Below are positions 23,401 through 35,121 of a stretch of 64,000 nt of DNA, piece by piece. Location: contig NIVC01002452.1 of assembly GCA_002269645.1 (NCBI GenBank), positions 59,625-123,624 on the forward strand, read 5' to 3'. This DNA comes from Macrostomum lignano. Taxonomy: Eukaryota. The notes beneath the pieces were generated by a model, which saw nothing but the letters and a program-made list of their open reading frames with translations, was not told the DNA's origin and did no database searches. How positions within the stretch are numbered: position 1 is the first letter of the stretch; every line of letters begins with the position of its first letter. Made by a program: the position numbers and the translations under genes.

Positions 23401-26400
23401 TGGCCGACTGCCAACCTACTTGACGCCGCGGACAGAAAAGCGGGGTGACAAAGTTGCGCAATCACCGGAGCTCAGCGCCGGGCTTGACAGGGTGCTGGAC
23501 TGGCTGACTAACGGCCAGGCCAGACTGGTGGTGGCGTATCACGACGAGCCAGACTTCACCGCGCACGGCCAAGGACCAGGCGCTGTGGGACCCGTGCTGG
23601 CGGAGATCGACGCGGCGATCGGACGGTTTCTCAGACAGCTGCAGGAGCGCGGCATGCAACAGCGGGTCAATGTGATCATCACGTCTGATCACGGTAAGCT
23701 TCGTTTGGATTGCTTTTTAGTCTTGACCTTCAGTATCTGGGAGGGCGGCAGTGGCCCAGCAACTGAGGATCTGGGAGGCTTGCCCAGCAACAGACACTCT
23801 GGGAGGCTGGCCCAGCAACTGACACTCTGGGAGGCTGGCCCAGCAACTGACACTCTGGGAGGCTGGCCCAGCAACTGAGGATCTGGGAGGCTGGTCCAGC
23901 AACTGAGGATCTGGGAGGCTGGCCCAGCAACTGGGGATCTGCGAGGGCGGCGGTGGCCCAGCAACTGGGGATCTGGGAGGCTGGCCCAGCAACTGAGGAT
24001 CTGGGAGGCTGGCCCAGCATCTGAGGATCTGCTTTAAACAAAGCCTCAAAACTCCCGCAGGCATGCTGCCAGTGAATCACAACAACACGATCCGAGTGAA
24101 CGGCAGGAAGCACCCAGCTACCAGAGCAGTGCTGCAGATGGGCGTCGCCCTAGGCCTATTCGCCAAGCCGAACAGATCGATGGAGCTGTACTCGGCCATG
24201 CTAGAAGACATTGGAAAGAGCGGCAAGAGCAAGATGGCAAATGTTGTGCACCGTCGGGAACTGCCAGATCACTTGCACTATAAGAGGCACAGACGAATAC
24301 CGGATATACTTATAATGCCAGTCAAAGGCTATCAAATCGCCGACAATAATGACACAGTCTGGAAGCTGGGCATGCACGGCGGAGAGCCGGACTGGGACGA
24401 GATGCAGGTGCCTCTGCTGGCCATTGGTCCGGCATTTGTCAAAGGCGCCCGAACGGATAGCACAGCCGAGCAGACAGATATCTATGGCCTAGCCTGCCGG
24501 CTGATAGGGTTGCCAGCCAGACCGCACAATGGCAGCGACAATGGGCCGCTGAGCAGTCTGCTGCACAATGACGGAAATCTAGCTCAAGCTGAGCTGCCGC
24601 TGCTGCTGCCACTGTTGCTAACCGTTTGGAAATTAATGCTCAACATTTCGTAACCATCTTAAACATTACTATTTTAACTAATTTTGCATTAATAATTAAA
24701 TTTGGCATAACAAACTCAAGCATGGAAGAAATGATTTTGTCGACATCTAATAATAATGAGTACACGATTGATTCAGAATATCACTACTGTTAGACCCTGA
24801 TGCAGTTTGGGTCCAAATCTGAAACTGACAGAGCTGTGGAAATCTCATCCCATGTGATGCAAAAGAAAATCTTACTCTGAGGTAGCTACAGAAGTCTCAC
24901 CTTCCGTGAGATAGCATTGGAAATCTCACCGTGTAAGATTACAATGGACATCTCACCGTTAGATAACAATGGACATCTCACCGTGAGATTACAATGGACA
25001 TCTCCCCATGAGATAACAATGGACATCTCACCATGAGATAGCAATGGAAATCTCATTCATGAGACAGCAATAAAAATCTCACCCCCTGAGATAGCAGTGG
25101 AAATCTCATCTATGAGATAGCAATGAAAATCTCATCCCTGAGATAGCAGTGGAAATCGCACCCCTGAGATAGCCATGGAAATCTGACCCATGAGATAGCC
25201 ATGGAAATCTCACCCCTGAGATAGCCATGGAAATCTGACCCATGAGATAGCCATGGAAATCTCACCCCTGAGATAGCCATGGAAATCTGACCCATGAGAT
25301 AGCCATGGAAATCTCACCCCTGAGATAGCCATGGAAATCTCACCCCTGTGACAGCAGTAGAAATTTCACCCTGAGATAGCAGTGGAAATCTCACCCCTGA
25401 AATAGCAGTGGAAATCTCACCCCTGAGGTCGCAGTGGAAATCTCATCCCTGAAATAGCAGTGAAAACCTCATCTCTGAGATAGCAGTGAAAATTTCACCC
25501 CTGAGATAGCAAAGGAAATCTCACCGAACAGATAAAGCGATTCCTCAACCAGGAAGCAGCCGGGCGAATACCTTTTAACACTCATTGGCGGCAAGTTGCC
25601 AACCTTTTTACGCTCGGGATCGAAACAATAAAACTCGTTCCTAGTCGAAGTGGCCGTTTCCATGCCGCCTGCGATGAAAAATTTGCCGCCGCGACTCGCT
25701 ACGGAGCAGCTCTTGACGGCGACGGGCAGCCGGCCCAGCTCCAGCCACTGCTGCGACTCAACGTCCAGTGCGTCAATAGTGGCCACACCGGATTGGCCTG
25801 GGCCGGAGCCGCCGAAGGCGTACACCCGCTTGTCTGCGTTAAATTTGGATTGAAGAGATTGCCAATTACAACCGCAAACCAATTAGCGAACAATATTTAC
25901 CCAACCAATGAACCAATCAGAGACAGACAAGCCTAGCAATTCTACGTTCAAACCAATCAGACGCCAGTGTTTCATTCCAACCAATCAGAGACTGACAAGA
26001 AGCCAGTGTGTCATTCCAACCAATCAGAGACTGACAAGAAGCCAGTGTTTCATTCCAACCAATCAGAGACTGACAAGAAGCCAGTGTTTGATTTCAACCA
26101 ATCAGAGACTGACAGTGACAAGAAGCCAGTGTGTCATTCCAACCAATCAGAGACTGACAAGAAGCCAGTGTTTGATTTCAACCAATCAGCCACGATCTAG
26201 TAAGCCCTAAGCCAATCGGATTAAAACTAAGAACCCTTTATTTCGGCTCACCCAAAGTCGCAAGCTGCACGCCAGCCCTGGGTGTTGGCAGGCTGGGCGC
26301 TGCGCTCCAGGACCCGGCAATATCGCCATCGCCGCTGCCAAGTCGAATACTTTCGCAGGAGTCAATCGGCTGACCAGTCTGGGTGCAGCCGCCGATCACG

Positions 26401-26531
26401 AACAGGGTATCGTCCAGTTTAGCCATCGTTGGGAACACGTGCTGCTGCTGCAGCGGTGGCAGGCTGTGCCAACAGCCGGTGCTCAAGGATGCCGCCGACT
26501 CTTTGTCGGCTCCTGATGCCGGAGACGTCAT
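14010..26531 (-). CDS. KLHDC8: Kelch domain-containing protein 8 (KLHDC8A/B)-like, 364 aa, kelch repeats only
   Basis: Five exons: 26531-26252, 25833-25525, 16135-15923, 14674-14579, 14206-14010. GT-AG, all phase 1, 1095 nt. Kelch GG motifs: LFVIGGC..G.PID, LPTPRAG, VYAFGG, FIAGGM, LYLFGGREGRTPV, MGGL, LYLAGGIAEGSLSQAVD. These parallel recalled KLHDC8B (LLVLGGC..G.PLD, LPTARAG, VLGGRQGKLPV, GGVAQGPSQAVE). Confidence 0.88.
14314..14558. repeat. (GACA)n microsatellite in KLHDC8-like intron 4
   Basis: Directly visible. Confidence 0.97.
14768..15890. repeat. 23-bp minisatellite, ~49 copies, in KLHDC8-like intron 3
   Basis: Unit GATTGGGCCGATTCGCAGGGTTG; same family as 2211-2470. Confidence 0.97.
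17472..18030 (-). mobile_element. Defective mariner (DD34D) transposon, 3' part with one terminal inverted repeat
   Basis: Minus strand encodes KKIVASF..GH.VSVPLE..TVTAAWY..CLP and SHLPYSPDLAPCDFFLFP with frameshifts. Terminal TACGAGGGTCACTCCGAAAG at 17472. Confidence 0.9.
18295..18639 (+). CDS. Neuropeptide precursor, 114 aa (predicted C-terminal WYEW-amide), nested antisense in KLHDC8-like intron 2
   Basis: Hydrophobic signal peptide (LITLAAATSLLLLAISS), acidic pro-region, and C-terminus GR-QQQ-KK-WYEW-GK-stop (basic cleavage site plus Gly amide donor). ATG directly follows a CAG acceptor. Confidence 0.75.
   Translation: MPSQRSIPNLITLAAATSLLLLAISSQTGIVTAAAVSEPQNSGVRNVARDRYDDLANRLAASVLLSEEEPQLMQSGNTDENYPVPEVGFKLLRQHRQQGGVGRQQQKKWYEWGK
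20995..21180. repeat. Degenerate ~21-bp tandem repeat (CCGTCAAGTCTCAACAAGATA-type)
   Basis: About 8 diverged copies of GTCAAGTCTC. Confidence 0.7.
22229..24653 (+). CDS. Ectonucleotide pyrophosphatase/phosphodiesterase (ENPP4/5/7-like), ~446 aa, nested antisense in KLHDC8-like intron 2
   Basis: Exons 22229-22245 (MNHLL), 22963-23693, 24061-24653; 1341 nt, in frame. Signal peptide SQGLLLLLLIPLASAAA. Motifs LLISLDGFRYDY, TKTAANH (catalytic Thr), EPDxxxH, IITSDHGM, GMHG. Hydrophobic C-terminal tail. The short first exon is the least certain part. Confidence 0.9.
23735..24030. repeat. 28-31-bp minisatellite in ENPP intron 2
   Basis: ATCTGGGAGGCTGGCCCAGCAACTGAGG copies. Confidence 0.93.
24880..25524. 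repeat. ~26-bp minisatellite at the 5' end of KLHDC8-like intron 2
   Basis: GAGATAGCCATGGAAATCTCACCCCT copies that run up to the splice donor. Confidence 0.93.
25955..26185. repeat. 39-bp minisatellite in KLHDC8-like intron 1
   Basis: TCATTCCAACCAATCAGAGACTGACAAGAAGCCAGTGTT, ~6 copies. Confidence 0.93.
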
Positions 26532-26644
26532 GTTTGATAAAAAAAATTTTCGTAGCCCTTTAAATTTTTTGAGGCTAAGGCAGGCACAGCATGCATTAAT
26601 TGCAAAACAATTATACAGTTCAGAAAAAACTAAGTTTACTGTCT

Positions 26645-26922
26645 GAAGGCGGGCATGCTCAAGATGGAGAGGCCAGTTTATCACAGGGGAAGGCGGGCAT
26701 GCTCAAAATGGAGAGGCCAGTTTATCACAGGGGAAGGCGGGCCTGCTCAAAATGGAGAGGCCAGTTTATCACAGGGGAAGGCGGGCATGCTCAAAATGGA
26801 GAGGCCAGTTTATCACAGGGGAAGGCGGGCCTGCTCAAAATGGAGAGGCCAGTTTATCACAGGGGAAGGCGGGCATGCTCAAAATCGAGAGGCCAGTTTA
26901 TCACAGGGGAAGGCGGGCCTGC
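26645..26922. repeat. 44-bp minisatellite, ~6 copies
   Basis: ATGCTCAAAATGGAGAGGCCAGTTTATCACAGGGGAAGGCGGGC. Confidence 0.95.
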
Positions 26923-27334
26923 TATTGTGAATCAGGATAATTCTGTTCTTCCAACAAAAAGTAGAAAAGGGAAGTAAAAAATATCATTCCTAAAAAACAA
27001 ACTAACTGCTGGCTACAGAAAATATTATCGAATCTAATTAGTCAAATATTGATAAAGTGATTTTTGTAGGAAAAATAGGGATCAGAGTAAATTAGCCCAA
27101 TTTTGATGTGTTTTAATCATTGAATTTTCAAGAAAATTTTTCATACAGAAACGTCTTTAACTGGCTTGAAAAAATCGTTATTTCTAGTTTCTGTAGCCCA
27201 CTACAAACATATTCTACAAAATTCGCATGCCTCCAAAACTTTCCAAAATACATTATTAAGCCTTCATTTATCTGAGAAGATTTTTGGGATTTAGCACGGA
27301 GTTAAAAGTACACAGGGTAGCGGCAAGGACAGTT

Positions 27335-28030
27335 GGGGGACTGAGAGGGCATCGGCAAGGACATCCGAGGACTGAGAGGGCAGCGGCAAGGACATCCGAG
27401 GACTGAGAGGGCAGCGGCAAGGACATCCGAGGACTGAGAGGGCAGCGGCAAGGACATCCGAGGACTGAGAGGGCAGCGGCAAGGACATCCGAGGACTGAG
27501 AGGGCAGCGGCAAGGACATCCGAGGATTGAGAGGGCAGCGGCAAGGACATCCGAGGATTGAGAGGGCAGCGGCAAGGACATCCGAGGACTGAGAGGGCAG
27601 CGGCAAGGACATCCGAGGACTGAGAGGGCAGCGGCAAGGACATCCGAGGACTGAGAGGGCAGCGGCAAGGAAATCCGAAGATTGAGAGGGCAGCGGCAAG
27701 GACAACCGAGGATTGAGAGGGCAGCGGCAAGGACATCCGAGGACTGAGAGGGCAGCGGCAAGGACATCCGAGGACTGAGAGGGCAGCGGCAAGGACATCC
27801 GAGGATTGAGAGGGCAGCGGCAAGGACATCCGAGGATTGAGAGGGCAGCGGCAAGGACATCCGAGGACTGAGAGGGCAGCGGCAAGGACATCCGAGGACT
27901 GAGAGGGCAGCGGCAAGGACATCCGAGGACTGAGAGGGCAGCGGCAAGGAAATCCGAAGATTGAGAGGGCAGCGGCAAGGACATCCGAGGATTGAGAGGG
28001 CAGCGGCAAGGACATCCGAGGACTAAGAGG
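27335..28030. repeat. 31-bp minisatellite, ~22 copies
   Basis: GAGGACTGAGAGGGCAGCGGCAAGGACATCC. Confidence 0.97.
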
Positions 28031-28528
28031 GTATCATTGACGCTGAAAGAGATAAAAAAGAAGAGTAGCGACAGGGCGCAGACAAGAATTAAGAGACAGG
28101 TGAACTCGGCGAAGCGCGAGAACACCTGGAAATGGAATCAAAATTAAAGGTAGAAAAAGTCATAAAAGGAAAATAGATGAAAGATTCTGGATGCACGGGA
28201 TGAAGTTTATCTAGGGTTGAATTGAGGGTTAGGGGGGTAAATTATGCATTAGGATTCCTATATGCTGACCGGGTTGCGTGTTTCTATAAGAGAAGAATCG
28301 AAGCGGAATTTATTCCTTGCTAATTTACAATCTATCGCAACTCATGATAATTACTGCTGCGACTGTACCTGCAATTCCTACGAATTGAAAGAAAAATATT
28401 TAAGTTTTAAACAAAACAGGTTTATTGTCTTCGAATTCCTTTTCAATTTGACAATCTTTATTAACTGCTAACATAGTTAACTGATCACTTAAAAATGCAG
28501 AGATAATTTCTCTAAGCAATCCGGCTGG

Positions 28529-30525
28529 TCACGTGATCAACATCCGATCCAAAGGAAATCCGCCGCCGCCTTGGGCAGAAACGTCTCCAGCCATTGTTGC
28601 TTTCATTGTCAAAGAAGCGTTGCCAGTTTTATTCTTCTTATTAATAATTGGCAACTTCAGACGAGCCAGAGACTTTGGCGGCTCGCTAACAACTGGCTCC
28701 AGCCGGCTTGGCCTGGTGCCAGCTGTCCTCCGCGGCTTTTGGTTGGCTTTTTTCTGCTCCTGCTCCGATTGCCTGTCCCCTGCGGCAACCGCTTTTGCAA
28801 CAATCTTCTTTTTATTCTTTTGCTTCTGCTCTTGCTGCTGTTTATTCTGTCGCTCGCCAAAGCGGTCGGCGTATTGGGCAGACAGCAGCGTCTGCTGCGC
28901 CGTCCGCTCCACCCTGGCCAGGTGGCGCGGTTGCGACTCGCCCGGCCGGCGGCGCAGGTCGGCCAGCTTGGCCGGCGCCCGGCGCATCCCGGCCACGTCG
29001 CCAACCTCCGGATTAGTGCGACGGCGCGATTTTAAATAGCGGCGCCGATCCTTCGGGGACAGAGCTGGGGATGGGGGAGAGGTGGAGAATAGGGATTTTA
29101 GAGTCTGGTACGGCTGTTCAGTCCAAGGTCTGGGGGGTCGCCACACACAGCCTCAATTACCCAGCTAATGCTGGCACCCATTTTACAGCTGGGTGAACTG
29201 AAGCAATGCAGAGTTAAGTGTCTTGCTCAAGGACACAAATTGTTCCTAGCAGGTCGAGAATCGAACCCCCGACCTTTCTCCAGCGCTCCTGAGAGTCCAA
29301 CGCTCTAACCACTAGGCTACAACCCCTTTTAATAACACACCGGATACACTTTAAATAATACACACTGGCAATCTTATGCTAATAGCGACAATATCCACAG
29401 AAAAAAGCGATCAGAAGAAGCGAATTATTTACAATTCTCGTAGCAACTCAATGGAGTTCAGGAATCTAATTCCAAGCATCCGTTACGCAGTTGCCAAATA
29501 CACGGTAATAAGAATCCTAAGCCAGAAATGAAAATGCAACGCATGGCATAAAGGACTTTACAGCTTCATAATAACGTATTTATTATGGCTTTGAAGCGAG
29601 AGAATAAAATACTGGCACACGCCCAAATTCAATGGGGTGCAGGAGATGGGAAGCGGAAGGCGTGCGTGATGATCGACTCCGAATAGCTGCTTGCTTTTGC
29701 AACACAGGAAGCTACTGTGTCAAAACGTAGGCGCATTAAATTAGCCCAAATGTATATCAGTATCAAAATAAGCATAAAATTTTCATCGTGCTACTTACTT
29801 AGTAGAGCAACAGCACTTTATTTAATAAGGTAACATAAAATACAGCAATTAAAAAGCTACTTAAACCGATGTTAAGACTTTCATACTCATAAGTAATTCT
29901 GCTCATGGCTGCGAGAGGAGAGACAATGACCCAACGTCTGGATACAGAGGCTTCTTGAGTTAGCCTCATTGCCTCCATACATGCGCGCCAATCCGACCCG
30001 GCTGGCGAGGGGCCCAGCCAATTTAAGTCGCAAATATGCCCACACAAAAATACAGACGAGTACTAATTAGATGACGAGGTTACTCCTGCCGTTTACCCAA
30101 AATTACGTCAATCTTAGGTTTTTTATAGGCAAGTCGCATTCTTGGGAAAAAAAGTCGCACGGCCGGAGTAAATCAGGGGGGGGGTATGATTGTCTCAATA
30201 TATTGCTACTAGTAATTTTACCAACCTAACTTATTTAAAAAACAAACTAACCAGCAACCCGTTTGAGCCACATGATCTCGCGCAGAGATCGGGGTAGGAA
30301 TCGATCTTCTCCGGCGCCGGGCGCCAGATCGCCGCCAGATGGCGCGGGCGCCGGCGACCAGCCAACATCGGCCGCGTCTGGCTCAGAGTATGGCCGAACT
30401 TTTCTATGCCGCCTCGATTTTTGCCGCTTATTGTAAACAGGCTGCGACTGAGTCTGCGTCTGTTGCTTCTGCTTTTTAGGCGTCTGCTGTGGCTTCTTCT
30501 GCCTCTGCTTTGCTGCCGGCTTCAT
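28529..30525 (-). CDS. CCDC137: CCDC137-like basic coiled-coil protein, ~269 aa
   Basis: Exons 30525-30252 and 29064-28529 (phase-1 GT-AG, 810 nt). EDRFLPRSLREIM, RRRPGES...RVERTAQQTLL and VVSEPP resemble recalled CCDC137 DEQEIPFRLREIM, KQRKGES...RMQQEAQHVL and VVLQPP. Confidence 0.75.
29106..29326 (-). mobile_element. tRNA-derived SINE, 3'-truncated copy in the CCDC137-like intron
   Basis: Minus strand begins GGGGTTGTAGCCTAGTGG (A box), has GGTTCGATTC (B box), then GTGTCCTTGAGCAAGACACTTAAC...ACCCAGCTGTAAAATGGG. A second copy lies at 54563-54868. Confidence 0.88.
30079..30172. mobile_element. ~94-bp MITE-like element with 14-bp imperfect terminal inverted repeats
   Basis: GTTACTCCTGCCGT ... 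ACGGCCGGAGTAAA with two internal AAGTCGCA motifs; related copy at 40160-40251. Confidence 0.6.
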
Positions 30526-30857
30526 GGCATGAATTTTTCCGTTGGAAAATATTCTTGACAGGCATTGGGAACTTTTGTAATGAATATTCCCAATGAAAAT
30601 TGTATCTAGGCCAGGAAGCGCCCCAGAGTCGTTGCAGATAACACACAGATACTAGAATAACTACAATAGATGGGCCACTCAGCACATTTGCATGTAAGCT
30701 ACTTTCAGTTCAGTAGTAAGTTAGACAGAAGCATTTCAATGTATTTTTAAAGTTAAGACCAAAGCTTGAACCATCCAATCGCGCCTTTCAACACTACCCT
30801 CCCACTCCGCCCCAACTTTTATTGTCTTTCTTAGAATTCCAGCCTAAAGCTGCAATG

Positions 30858-31700
30858 TACGAGGGTATGCAATAAGTTACCAAAGTGGGAAGGTGATGTA
30901 CACAATTTGGCATAGCAGGTATTATGTACATTGACTTGTGATTATGCTTGAGCAATTTCAGACAAATTCACTCTAAAAAGCCTGTGTTGCGCTGGAAGCT
31001 CAAAAAGGCCATCGAAGAGCAACTATTAACTATGACTACAAAAGTGGTCAAAAGCAGCAGGAAAGCTTTGAGCGACTTTAAGTCTTGAAGGACTTCCAGG
31101 ACCACGGTTTTTGAGCGGTTTGCCGAATTTCGATGTGGCCGACGGAGTCTGGATGATGAAGAGCGCAACAGCCGGCCCAAGTCCGCAGCAAGCGAAGAGA
31201 ATGTTGCTGCTATTCGGGGCATGACTGAGGATGATGCCAGAGTAACTGTGACCCAGATAGAGACAGAAGTGGGCATCTCATCAGGAACCATCAGCACGAT
31301 CCTGCACCTGAGCAAGGTTTATGCATGCTGGGTGCCTCATCATCTGATGGAGGAGCAAAAGGAGGCTCGGATGGCTTCGTGCCATGCATACTCAACAGAT
31401 TCGATGGTGGCCGCTCAAACTCGGTCCGGGAAATCATCAGTGGTGACGAATCCTGGATCTATAGTTTCAACCTAGAGACCAAGCAGCAGTCGGGCCAGTG
31501 GACACCAGCTGGAAGCCCCACCATTAAAGCTGCAGCAAGAGCGCAACGTGGCGAAGCAGATATTGGTCGTTTTTGTGACAAAAGCTGGTCATCTAGCAAT
31601 TGTGCCACTTGTGCAGCAGCACACAGTCACTGGCAACTTTTATACCAACTACTGCCTGCCAAAAGTGCTGAGTTTATCATGACAACACCCCTACCCACTA
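30858..31700 (+). mobile_element. Defective mariner transposon (5' terminus and interrupted transposase; 3' end missing)
   Basis: Starts TACGAGGGTATGCAATAAG. Fragments: FAEFRCGRRSLDDEER..RP, ISSGTISTILH, WVPHHL, IISGDESWIY..ETKQQS, CLPKV, HDN; stops and frameshifts present. Confidence 0.9.
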
Positions 31701-34700
31701 GTCTAGACAAGTGGTCAAAGGGTGTATATGACAACCCCCCAGTCCTTAGAGTAAACAGCTATATACAGCCTGATGTGCCGCGCAATAGTTGCAGCTAAGC
31801 TGCCAGTTGCACATCTACCAATTAGGATATGTGTAATCAATTATTATTTACTATTATTGCTATTGAACACAAAGTAAAAAGCTGTTTTACAAAGTATATA
31901 CACCTGAGTGGCTCCTTTAGTTATTCTAATATCTGTGGTGACATAGGTAAAATAAGAAAGTGACTCTAAGACAAACTTTACATGTTTACAGTTTCTATTC
32001 TAATTGAGTTATAGACTTTATATTTAGATAAAGAAATAAGTCAATGAAGAATCTTGTAAAGTTTAAGGTCAATTGGTTCACGTGGAACAAACTAATGGCA
32101 GCCAAAATTTAGTAAATTTTAAAACCCCCTTTTCCACATCTAGCAGATAAGGGAAGAAGAGGTGGAGTTTGGGATGGCTGTCTTGCTGACAAAAAGCAGA
32201 CTAACTTTAAAAGTGCATAACAGGATAAAGTTTGAGACTTAAAAATTTAATTAATAATGCCCTTTTTAGCAGTTTTTTTTGCATTTTTAGATAGGCAGAC
32301 TTAAATTTAGAAAATTTTAAGGTAGCCTAAGACATTGTAGTAAGTTTAGGGGGGTGCAGATCATTTTGTCTGCTAGAGGTCCATGCTATGGTAGATGATT
32401 TTTCTACTGTGGTGTCCAATGAAAACAATGCCTAGCAATAAAATAATGAAGTATGTTTTGGTGCAAAGAGCAGTATTTGCTGCAAATAAGCATACATTTT
32501 TACTATTTAATGCTACTTTAATTAAAATAATTACGATGAATATAGATTTATCTCAGGTTTTGAATATACATTTTGGTAGGAATTTCATACAAAGTACAAA
32601 ACTCATATATTTCACTATGCATTTCTTGTAGCATTACAAATATAAATAAGCTGAATGTATAATAAATATATTATTATTACAAAATCACATTAAAACATTT
32701 AAATCAAAGTTTAAAATCACAGTTAAAAATGAAAGCTAAATTATACAATGTCATCTCTTCAAATTATGTTAGGCCCTATATAGCATATAAACAAACTATA
32801 GCATTTTTCTTTTTGCTTTGAATATTGGGACTAAGCATGAATTAATTAATTAATCATGTAATATATAATATGTTATATAATCATATGAAAACAAGCAATT
32901 AAAACATCTATCACTAAAGTCATTTTGTCTATTGGCAGATAAACTGACAACAAACAAAACCACATTCTATTTATAATGGGTACAAAAATTAGTATAATTA
33001 GGTTGAGTGGTTTGGGAGTTAGTAGCAATCAAAATTATGTATAGATATAGATAGATAGACAAATAGATGGTTTTGATTTTTATAGGTAGAGTTTTTATTG
33101 ATAAAAAAGATATTATATTTGAAGTTTTAGCCAATATATAGGCCTAAATTATATTCTAGGCCTATTTTATTATATTTATACTATAACTCCTAAGGGCAAT
33201 ATAAGTATTAGTTATTTATTTAAGTTTCCAATGCATTTTGTCCAATATTAGATATCTTCAAGGTCAAAATTTATCATTAAGATGTGTTATCACATCAAAT
33301 AAATTTTGACCTTGAAGATGTCCAATGTTGGACAAAATGCATCAGCAACTCAAATAAATAACCAATTGCAATAGGCCTACTTAATGAATGTTGATATTGA
33401 GTAATTGACCTTTATTTATCTACTTTTCATTAAGCGAGCCATTTTACCTGATTCCTAAGTGCAAATTGGGTCTCAAATTAGCCCTAGGCCTAGCATAAAT
33501 ACCTTGTATAAGGCCTAGGCCTAATAAAAACTAGGCTAATAGAAAAACAAATTTATATAAATGCTTGGTACAAAACATAAAAATGTATAATTTAATGTAC
33601 TTTGCTATTTGGCCTATTTAGTATTTTGACAATAGGATATTTTGGACAATATTTTTGGCTTAGAATATAGGGCTTTATACAAAACATATCTAGATTCTAG
33701 TACTAATAGGGCCAGGCAAAACCTCTAAATAAGAACTGTCTGCTATGGAATACTGAGGTACCAAATGGCAAACATTGCTAGTGTAGGCTGTACTATAGGA
33801 CTTGTCATAAATTATATAGTTGATAGACTAGGCCCTGCCCTAGACTAGGCCTAACTTAAATTTCTAGCAATTTACTAGAGCCTAGGGGCCTACTACTTAG
33901 GCACTAAAGTAGGATTTTTGAACATAACTGTTAGACGTGTAACCAAAACATCAAACTTTGTACTTTGTAGGCCTAAGCCCTAGCCCCTTATTGGTACTCG
34001 GTAAAGAGCCAGTTTAGAATATTCAGTTCCTGCTGATTGGGCCTAGGCCCTAGCCAGGCTAGCCCCTGGCACTGGGATCTAGGAAGGAATACAATCCACT
34101 TCGGTAGCGTTATCTCATATCTAATTAATATTATGCATTATAAACACTGACTAAATTGTTCCGTTATCATTTTTGGTAACAGTCCACTTCGGTAACACTA
34201 ACTGCCGTCTGCCACTTCGTAACTGCCACTGTGCAGTGGCGTGCGTTTTGCTAGAAATCAATTACGGAGAGTTATGTCGTTTAAAAAAATTGCTTTGTTT
34301 TTGTGTCTGAATGTTTCAAACACTTTCTGCAGTTAAAAAATAAGTTTTAAATTTAGAACTAAAGTTTTTATTTGTGTACTTTGTTTTTCCTCGATAACAG
34401 GTAATACGTTGTATTTTAAAGTGTGTAAATAAAATCAATTTACTTCCGTGGTCGAATAGAGCCAAACGCGTTGATAAACATTTGACGCGTCCGAATTCAT
34501 TAGCTTGCAAATAACATCAATAATAAGCATACTTTAATCATGTCTTTATGTAATCTGAATCCTTTTATATTTTTTGTTGTAAGCCTATGCATTTTGCCTA
34601 CACTGTGCATTGGACAAGCTTTGTATGCTGACAATTCAATTGCAAGTAAGTATTCCAGGTGCCAGTAAGTGTGTTGTGTGTAGGCCCTATGACTTTAAAT

Positions 34701-35121
34701 GACGTAAAACCAAACATAAAAGTATACCTCATTTTATTCCTGCCTTTATCAGCTATAGATAGTAGTAGTTTATTGCTTTTTGTATTTTCTTATTTTTGTA
34801 ACTTAACAATTGAAAACAAAAACTTATAATATTATTTGGCCTATAAAGTCCGGAAGTTTTTTTTTAAAAATGTTCATAGCTCTTGTCTATAATTCTTAGA
34901 AAAAGCTTAACATGTTTGTTTTTCTCTTTTAAAAAGTACATAGGCCTAATCATTTTAAGCTTAGGGGCGGGACCTATTTATAAAAAAAAAATAAAAAAAT
35001 AAAAAATTAATTTTGATAAATAAATGTAAATAAAATTGGACTAAATTTAGTCCATGGTCTCGTAGATGCACTGGTTATGAAAGAACATTTTTGTCTGCCA
35101 TGGAAATTGCCTATAATATAT

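Noticed and set aside
29250-29326. tRNA genes at the SINE heads (also 54790-54868)
   Set aside because: A/B boxes are present but run into a shared SINE body, the two heads differ, and there is no clean cloverleaf with terminator.
30670-31945. Candidate first exons for the Ly6 gene (30670-30715; ~31827-31945)
   Set aside because: Both have phase-1 donors but neither encodes a convincing signal peptide.
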